Origin: SAR116 cluster bacterium AG-447-A06
GTDB taxonomy: Bacteria; Pseudomonadota; Alphaproteobacteria; Puniceispirillales; Puniceispirillaceae
Length of the DNA stretch: 64,000 bases
Assembly (NCBI GenBank): GCA_003212345.1
Contig: QCPZ01000005.1
Coordinates: forward strand, 20,614 to 84,613
Direction: 5' to 3'
The notes beneath the pieces were generated by a model. That model ran no database searches, was not told where the DNA came from, and saw only the letters and a program-made list of their open reading frames with translations. A program made the position numbers and the translations under genes. Shown here piece by piece: positions 57,671 to 64,000 of this stretch; the stretch's first letter is position 1; every line of letters begins with the position of its first letter.

Positions 57671-58469
57671 GTTTTTCCTTTTCTGTCTTGTTCTTTGTCA
57701 TCAGAACCACCTGAGCGATAATTACTAATGTCATCGAGGTCAGAAAGACAAAGCTTCCGATGGCATTTACTTGCGGATCAATATTGCCGGTTACAATTTC
57801 CAAAATCACCACCGGAATAGTTTTGTTAAGTCCAGATATAAACCAAGCAATTGCAAATTCATCAAATGACACGGCCGCCGTTAGGCAGAAAGATGAAATA
57901 ATAGCCGGTCGGCAGAACGGAATGATCACACGCCGCAAGGCCCGCCATTGATTAGCGCCAAGATTCCATGCCGCCGCTTCAAGGCTTTCATCCATCTGGC
58001 TAAGCCTCAAACGGATAATAGCCATTGCAAAAGGTGCTGTTAATACGGTGTGGGCAATGATAATTGAGAACACCTGCCCAGAAAGACCAATCTTAGCAAA
58101 CCAGGCTAGCATCGCTAGCGCCATTATGATTAACGGAATGGTTGGCGGCAAAAGGATCAGCGCAAGATAAAGTGGTTTTAGTTTGAAGCGATACCTATAA
58201 TCGGTATAGGCGGTTGTAAACCCCAAAAAAGTTGCAATTGTTGCAACCGAAAATGAAACAAGAAGGCTTGTCCTTGCCGCTTCCCAAACATCAGGGTCCT
58301 GCCAGATTGTTTCGTACCATTTCAGAGTAAACCCACCAAGGGGAATGGTTGGAAACCGGTCCGAATTAAATGAAAAAATGATGCTGAATAAAATTGGGGA
58401 AAAGATGAAAACAAACACTAAACCCAGATATCCATAAAGAAACCATTTTAGCAGACGATCCGGTTTCAT
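57663..58469 (-). CDS. ABC transporter permease (PotC-like)
   Basis: SFNS, FTLKWY, LEAAAWNLGA, SFDEF. Confidence 0.88.
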   Translation of the reverse strand: MKPDRLLKWFLYGYLGLVFVFIFSPILFSIIFSFNSDRFPTIPLGGFTLKWYETIWQDPDVWEAARTSLLVSFSVATIATFLGFTTAYTDYRYRFKLKPLYLALILLPPTIPLIIMALAMLAWFAKIGLSGQVFSIIIAHTVLTAPFAMAIIRLRLSQMDESLEAAAWNLGANQWRALRRVIIPFCRPAIISSFCLTAAVSFDEFAIAWFISGLNKTIPVVILEIVTGNIDPQVNAIGSFVFLTSMTLVIIAQVVLMTKNKTEKEKHG

Positions 58470-59368
58470 CTAACCCTCCGCCGATAGGCAGCCGCGATAC
58501 CACCAAAGGCAACGATGAACAACGTCACCATCATAACCACTGCCACCACGGCGGCCCGCGGCCATTGCTGGCCGGACTTAACGGTATCGACAATTAAGAT
58601 TGGCAGGGTTGGCGGTTTTGACCCGCCAAGGTAATAGGGGCTGACAAAATCACCAAATGACAGAATGAAACAGAAGACCGCCGCGATGATTAATCCAGTT
58701 CTGGCCAGGGGCAGCACAATACGAAATACAGTTCGCCATGGCCGGCATCCAAGGTTATGCGCTGCTTCTACGAGCGACCGGTCAATATTGGCAAGCGAGA
58801 GCGTTTGCAAAATTATGACTAGTGGTAACGTCAGTGTCATATAGCCCACAATCGTACCAAACTTTGTGTTCAACATGATGTAAGGACCAAGGCCAATATA
58901 ACCCAGCATGGCATTGATCACACCACTCTCGGCGAGGATCACGTACCATGAGAAAATGCGCACAAGGTAGCTAGTAAAAAATGGGATGATTAACAAAAAG
59001 ACAGCCCAGCGGCGGGTGTTTTCTGACACCTTAAACGCAAGCGTGTAGGCGGCCGGAAAAGCCACGGTCATCACCACCAGTGTCGCTAGCGTGGCAAGAC
59101 CAATAGTCAGTCCATAACTATCCCAGAAATAGTCCCGACCCATCATCTTGAGCCAATTCTTCATTTCAAAGGCTTCAGTCATCCGGTAATTACGGACAAT
59201 GAAGAATGACATCGCTACCATAAACATCAGTGGCGCAATAAAAAATAATGCCTGCCAGATAATGATGGGAAGACGAACCGCGTTTTTGAATGTCAGCAGG
59301 TGGCTGAGCAAACGTTTAGGCGTGGTTTCAACCAATGCCGATTGCGTTCTTTTCCCCGAGACGGGCAT
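58466..59368 (-). CDS. ABC transporter permease (PotB-like)
   Basis: IPFFTSYLVR, GVIN, LVEAAHNLG, FGDFVSP..LGG. Confidence 0.88.
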   Translation of the reverse strand: MPVSGKRTQSALVETTPKRLLSHLLTFKNAVRLPIIIWQALFFIAPLMFMVAMSFFIVRNYRMTEAFEMKNWLKMMGRDYFWDSYGLTIGLATLATLVVMTVAFPAAYTLAFKVSENTRRWAVFLLIIPFFTSYLVRIFSWYVILAESGVINAMLGYIGLGPYIMLNTKFGTIVGYMTLTLPLVIILQTLSLANIDRSLVEAAHNLGCRPWRTVFRIVLPLARTGLIIAAVFCFILSFGDFVSPYYLGGSKPPTLPILIVDTVKSGQQWPRAAVVAVVMMVTLFIVAFGGIAAAYRRRVR

Positions 59369-59410
59369 GGCCTGCCACCCTAGCTTTTTGTGCTCTTAAA
59401 AAATGAAGCG

Positions 59411-59433
59411 AGGGCAGGGGTTTCCCCTGCCCT
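59411..59433 (-). terminator. GC-rich hairpin after the SBP gene
   Basis: AGGGCAGGGG-TTT-CCCCTGCCCT perfect 10-bp stem between the SBP and permease genes. Confidence 0.6.
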
Positions 59434-59455
59434 GCCCTGCATTCTATCATGATGA

Positions 59456-60592
59456 TTATGCGTTTTTATATTCAGACCAAAAGTCGTTCCAATCTTCCAG
59501 CGACTGCTGGACCGGGATATTTCGATAATGTATCCGGCCTTCTTTGACCAGTGTGATCGGATCATTCGCCATACCATCAATCTGACCCGTACGTTTAGCT
59601 TCCTTGCGATCCACTTCAATAAGCTTAGCACGCCCAGATTTGGTAATAGCAAAACCCGGGTATGCTGCCATCTTTGCTGATTTTACCTGACCAGCTGGAG
59701 ACAACATGTACTGAATGAACTTTTTCACAATTTCTGCTTTTTCAGAGCCTTTTCCAATGCAATAGGACTCTGTCCATTGGATACCGCCTTCTTTTGGAAC
59801 AACGGAGCCCACCGGCGCGCCGTCTTTTTCTAACACACCGGTTATCCAGTCACCAATGCCGCACATAGCTTGCATCTCACCATTTTTCAGTGAGTTGAAA
59901 GTTCCACCGTAGTCGAAGTATCCCCCAACCTGCGGACGAAGCGACAGAGTTGTAGCCTGAACCTTCTTCCACTGGCTGCCAGAAAGATCCCAAAGACCCG
60001 CACCATTACCATCATAAAGGCTCATCATACCGAGGCTTGGCAAATGCCAGTCAAAATGGCCAACCTTGCCCTTCACTTCAGGCTTCCAAAAACAAGAATA
60101 GCTCATCGCTTCTTCGGCACTAATGGCGTTTTTATTATAGGACACACCAAGATGTCCAAAGCGAACCATCATCGAATACAGCTTGCCATCTTTCCAATGG
60201 CCGGGAAATTTCTGGAAATCCCCATAAAGCATGTCATCAAATGGATAATCAGCGGCGTTCAATTCTTCGATATAACCTGCTGCGTTTAGCTGCTGCACAA
60301 ATTCACCATCTGAAAGAATGACATCGTAGGTTCCGGGCGGTGACTGCGCGATTAGGCCAAGCATATTATCACCACCTGCATAATATTTTGGCTTAAATTT
60401 AACATTGTTGGCCGCTTCAAACTCACTGACGATATCCGGTTCACCATGTCCGTACCAAGCCAGCATATTGATCTCAACCGGTGCCGCCCAGGCCCTAGAG
60501 ATAAACGGGGTAGACAACATTGTTGCGCCGCCATAGGCCAGTACCTGACGACGTGACGGTTTATGTGTCAAGATTGATCCTTTGGTTTTCAT
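59456..60592 (-). CDS. Tat-exported ABC substrate-binding protein (PotD/PotF-like fold)
   Basis: SRRQVL twin-arginine signal; YDVILSD, PKEGGIQW, FIQYMLSP. Confidence 0.85.
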   Translation of the reverse strand: MKTKGSILTHKPSRRQVLAYGGATMLSTPFISRAWAAPVEINMLAWYGHGEPDIVSEFEAANNVKFKPKYYAGGDNMLGLIAQSPPGTYDVILSDGEFVQQLNAAGYIEELNAADYPFDDMLYGDFQKFPGHWKDGKLYSMMVRFGHLGVSYNKNAISAEEAMSYSCFWKPEVKGKVGHFDWHLPSLGMMSLYDGNGAGLWDLSGSQWKKVQATTLSLRPQVGGYFDYGGTFNSLKNGEMQAMCGIGDWITGVLEKDGAPVGSVVPKEGGIQWTESYCIGKGSEKAEIVKKFIQYMLSPAGQVKSAKMAAYPGFAITKSGRAKLIEVDRKEAKRTGQIDGMANDPITLVKEGRIHYRNIPVQQSLEDWNDFWSEYKNA

Positions 60593-60747
60593 AGCTGAGA
60601 CTCTCCTATTGTTGCTTTGGTAGGAAATAAGTCTTCACCAGATTTACGGAATTTGCAAAAATATTCCTCGCAAAACTATGCTGTTTGATGAATATTTGAG
60701 CAATCTCAACCGTGAAATGTAGTTTTAGTAAACTAGATAGGTGAACC

Positions 60748-61491
60748 GTGAACAGGGCAGAATTCCATGATTTCTTCAAGAATTCAGGACCAATTATCCT
60801 GCCAGTTATTCATGTGATCAGCAAAACTCAGACCGCGATCAATATTAACAAGCTTATCGATGCGGATATAAAAGGCTGCTTTTTGATTAACCATGATTTC
60901 GATATGGAAACATTCTTGCCCATAATCCGTTCGATTCGCACAGACTATCCAGATTTTTGGATTGGCATTAACTTCCTTGCCGTTACCGGCCTTGTCGCAT
61001 TTCCAATTCTCGCGTCCCTAAAAAATGAGGGGTGTCGTATCGATGCTTATTGGGGCGATGATGCGCGCATTGATGAGCACCAACCTTATCAAGCCGAAGC
61101 CGAGGCAATCTCAAAAACTCGACAAGAATGTGGTTGGGCGGGGCTTTATTTTGGTGGCACTGCCTTTAAAAAACAGCGTCCCGTTGATCCCAAAGATTAC
61201 GATATATCAGCTATGTTGGCGGCCGATTATATGGACGTTGTTACGACATCAGGCACTGCAACAGGCAACGCAGCCGAAATTAGCAAAATCACGACATTCC
61301 GATCTGCACTACCCGACACACCTATCGCACTTGCTTCGGGCATTACTTCAGACAATGCGCTAGATTACAAAATGGTAGATTGTTTCATGGTTGCGACGGG
61401 GATAAATATTGATGATGATTTCTATAATATCGATTCGCAAAAGCTTACCCTGTTAATTTCGCAGTGTAAAAAAATGGAAGGCCCAGACTGA
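60748..61491 (+). CDS. BtpA/SgcQ family TIM-barrel protein
   Basis: ILPVIH, GINFL, FGGTAFK, VTTSGTATG, ALASGIT; GTG start. Confidence 0.65.
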   Translation: MNRAEFHDFFKNSGPIILPVIHVISKTQTAININKLIDADIKGCFLINHDFDMETFLPIIRSIRTDYPDFWIGINFLAVTGLVAFPILASLKNEGCRIDAYWGDDARIDEHQPYQAEAEAISKTRQECGWAGLYFGGTAFKKQRPVDPKDYDISAMLAADYMDVVTTSGTATGNAAEISKITTFRSALPDTPIALASGITSDNALDYKMVDCFMVATGINIDDDFYNIDSQKLTLLISQCKKMEGPD

Positions 61492-62132
61492 TGGCGATAA
61501 CGAAATCAAACAACACACAGACAAAAAAGGACAGATGGTATCTCGATATCATGTCACCTAACACCAAGGGGGAAAAGTTTGCGTGGCTTGACCCAACGTC
61601 AATCTATATAAATGGGGACGCGTTTCACGATTTACTCAACGATCTTGTGCTAGATCTCAAGAATGTGAAATGTGATGTTGTTGCTGGCCTTGATGCAATG
61701 GGCTTTGTCCTAGGAACGGCACTTGCCACTCGTCTCAACGTTGGATTTCTTCCCATTCGTAAAGCCGGTAAGCTATGTGTCGATACTGACAGCGTTACCT
61801 TTACAAATTACTCAGGCCGCACTCAGGATATGGAAGTACGGACTCCAGCTTTTCTCAGCGGCACTCGCGTTTTGCTGGTTGATCAATGGATTGAAACTGG
61901 CGGGACAATGGATGGGGCAATTCGCCTTGTTAAACGGCAGGAAGGCATTGTTGCCGGCCTTGTAGCGATTGCTATGGAGAGTAATGACAAAACCGATGAA
62001 TATCGAGAGTGCTTTCCTTGCATTACCGCAGTGCGGCCAAACACTGAGCTCCAAACACAATGTGACCGTCAATCGCTCGATAGTTTCAAAGCCTATAAAC
62101 CCGAAATGGCCTTTCCAAAGTTACTCGGCTAA
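61491..62132 (+). CDS. Adenine phosphoribosyltransferase-like type I PRTase
   Basis: AGLDAMGF, IRKAGKL, PRPP loop VLLVDQWIETGGT; overlaps the upstream stop (TGATG). Confidence 0.78.
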   Translation: MAITKSNNTQTKKDRWYLDIMSPNTKGEKFAWLDPTSIYINGDAFHDLLNDLVLDLKNVKCDVVAGLDAMGFVLGTALATRLNVGFLPIRKAGKLCVDTDSVTFTNYSGRTQDMEVRTPAFLSGTRVLLVDQWIETGGTMDGAIRLVKRQEGIVAGLVAIAMESNDKTDEYRECFPCITAVRPNTELQTQCDRQSLDSFKAYKPEMAFPKLLG

Positions 62133-62253
62133 AAATAACAAAAAAGCCTTTCGAAAACAAATTCGTCGAGTACCAATTAGCCCGCCAAACAACAAGTGGG
62201 TTAACAAAATGAACTTTAAACACTAAGATGCCGTTATCAGAGGGAATTCAACA

Positions 62254-62682
62254 ATGCTTGAAAAGTGTATAAAAGCTGGGCTCCGAATGACGAACCAACG
62301 AGTGTCGATAGCCACAACGTTGGGTGAGTCTCTTGATCATCCAGATGCGGACGAAATATACCGAAGGGCGCATAAGGTAGATCCAACTATATCTATTGCA
62401 ACTGTTTATCGGACACTCGGAATTTTTGAAAAAGCTGGTTTGATACAGAAAGTAACAGTCGGAGACGGACGGTCACATTACGAAGTGGCCCGCGATGATC
62501 ACGAGCATTTGGTTGACATTGAAAACGGTCAAATTCATGAATTTCAGAGTGAACAACTCCAGACTTTACTGACCAATATTGCAGATGAGATGGGCTTTGA
62601 GCTCACTGGTCATAAATTGCAGGTCTATGGGAAAAAACATGGAAATGTCGCCTGCAGGTGCATTCAAATAAAAGTTTACTGA
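62254..62682 (+). CDS. Fur family transcriptional regulator
   Basis: GLRMTNQR, HPDA, ISIATVYRTL, HYE, HEHLVD. Confidence 0.9.
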   Translation: MLEKCIKAGLRMTNQRVSIATTLGESLDHPDADEIYRRAHKVDPTISIATVYRTLGIFEKAGLIQKVTVGDGRSHYEVARDDHEHLVDIENGQIHEFQSEQLQTLLTNIADEMGFELTGHKLQVYGKKHGNVACRCIQIKVY

Positions 62683-62701
62683 GACTAAAGAAGACAATCA
62701 A

Positions 62702-63970
62702 TTAACTGTTTTCATCCAGTTGGTCGTTAATTTCCACAAGGCCATTTATTAGGGATCCAAGACCTGCTGAACGGATAGGCAAATAAGGTTTAGCCATTCT
62801 TTTGCAGAGCTTTTTGGCTTCAAGTGCGCTCGAGTGACTGACACAGTTGGTAGGGAACAACACTGCGTCTGCACCTGAAACCGCACTTGATAAGGAAGCC
62901 AGTGAGTCCTCTTTACCACCGTCGTGATAAACTAAATTACCATTCATTTTCTTCACAATGTCGCACATGCGACACATTGCGCCACGTCGGCCACCGATAT
63001 ATAGGACACATTTTCCAGCCAAATCACATGACTTTGAACCAGCTAAGCCTCTTGCTTGAATATTATCAAGCATCAGTTCAATAGACGACATTTCAGTGTT
63101 CAACAAATCTATTTGACTATCTTTTTCATCTACCTCAGCGCGCAACCTGGAATTTTCAATTGTAATTTGTTCAACCTTGCTGGTCATTTTTGAAATAATT
63201 TTCTTTGCCTTTTTAAGCGGCAAGACATCGGCAGAATTCTCTTTTGACAACAATTCACCACTAAGCATCACACCGTTACTAAACGCCGAATCTCTATCCT
63301 CTTCAATAGATTGGTTCAGTCGCGTTAAACGACTCTCAAGATCCTTGTTGATTTGATTTAAAGCGATTATTTTTTCTTCTTGAGCGTTTATTATATCTGT
63401 CTTGTTCATAACTTTGACATTGTTGCTGACAATAAGTTTTTTAATCTTGTCGTGGGCATTCGCAAGCTCAATCTCTAGCTCCGTAATTCTTACAATATTT
63501 GCTTGATTTGATGACCCAACCAAATGGGACAGCATATGGACATCCGAATACACCTTGACGCCAACCTCCTTGCTGAGACATGGGTGACTTAATACCGCCC
63601 AATAAGGCCCGGGAATGTTTCCAACAGAGAATGCGTCTCGCCAGAGGGACAGCAATTCGTCGCTATCCTTGCAAGGCTTAAAAACTTTTATGGAATTGTC
63701 GAATTTTTTATTGAGAGTTTTATTGATTAAACGAGATGCCCAATTTTTTTTTGCACATTCCTGCACCAAAACTGAATGGATAGTGGCATCGAGGTCCTCT
63801 TTATTTGGGCACGTGACATTAATCTTTTTACCAATTAATCGGGCCTCACCAAGAGACAGGCAAGTGCCAACGATGGAGCAATGTTGTGTGGAGGGCATTT
63901 CCCATATTGACTTTTGTTTGTGCGCTTCTGGTGGCATTGCAATACGATCAATTTTCATCTTTTGCTCCAT
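62702..63970 (-). CDS. DUF2325 domain protein with central coiled coil
   Basis: N-terminal HCSIVGTC, YWAVLSHP and VHMLSH; C-terminal LYIGGR, HDGG, CVSH, KKLCK. Confidence 0.75.
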   Translation of the reverse strand: MEQKMKIDRIAMPPEAHKQKSIWEMPSTQHCSIVGTCLSLGEARLIGKKINVTCPNKEDLDATIHSVLVQECAKKNWASRLINKTLNKKFDNSIKVFKPCKDSDELLSLWRDAFSVGNIPGPYWAVLSHPCLSKEVGVKVYSDVHMLSHLVGSSNQANIVRITELEIELANAHDKIKKLIVSNNVKVMNKTDIINAQEEKIIALNQINKDLESRLTRLNQSIEEDRDSAFSNGVMLSGELLSKENSADVLPLKKAKKIISKMTSKVEQITIENSRLRAEVDEKDSQIDLLNTEMSSIELMLDNIQARGLAGSKSCDLAGKCVLYIGGRRGAMCRMCDIVKKMNGNLVYHDGGKEDSLASLSSAVSGADAVLFPTNCVSHSSALEAKKLCKRMAKPYLPIRSAGLGSLINGLVEINDQLDENS

Positions 63971-64000
63971 TATTTTGTTCCCTCAAAGCGGCAGACCAGA

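Noticed and set aside
1-64000. Numerous 60-190 aa antisense or alternative-frame ORFs (e.g. 4642-5202, 17465-17935, 18491-19066, 57150-57728); CRISPR arrays, tRNA/rRNA, IS elements, integrases, defence systems
   Set aside because: The short ORFs overlap well-supported genes and carry no motifs. I saw no repeat-spacer arrays, RNA gene signatures or transposase/integrase/nuclease motifs

Overview
64 kb of a bacterial chromosome with moderate GC and tightly packed genes. Gene content and protein style suggest a marine alphaproteobacterium (inference). Almost all of it is a catabolic/scavenging region. I saw no rRNA, tRNA, CRISPR array or mobile element. In order: (1) an apparent operon of a benzoate-CoA-ligase-family enzyme, a single-module type I PKS (KS-AT-DH-KR-ACP-TE) and an FAD monooxygenase, directly upstream of an aerobic benzoyl-CoA (box) cluster with boxC, boxB, a flavodoxin where boxA is expected, boxR and a FadB/PimF-like enzyme; (2) an amidinotransferase-DegT aminotransferase-NfsA unit divergent from creatinase; (3) a carnitine/gamma-butyrobetaine catabolic operon; (4) a peptide-type ABC transporter with three M20 amidohydrolases; (5) an AepXVW-like (2-aminoethylphosphonate-type) ABC transporter apparently co-transcribed with a CX5R phosphatase and a ureohydrolase instead of phosphonate lyases; (6) a second ureohydrolase, RidA and a Rieske oxygenase; (7) a URC-type uracil catabolism cluster with a perfect RutR box, plus a deaminase, a PuuE-like hydrolase, DUF1989 and an ABC importer; (8) BtpA plus an atypical PRTase, Fur and DUF2325. 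The best candidates for an undescribed system are the aryl-CoA-primed PKS coupled to the box pathway and the putative phospho-guanidino (phosphagen-like) scavenging operon. All functional calls come from motif recognition by eye. No database searches were run.
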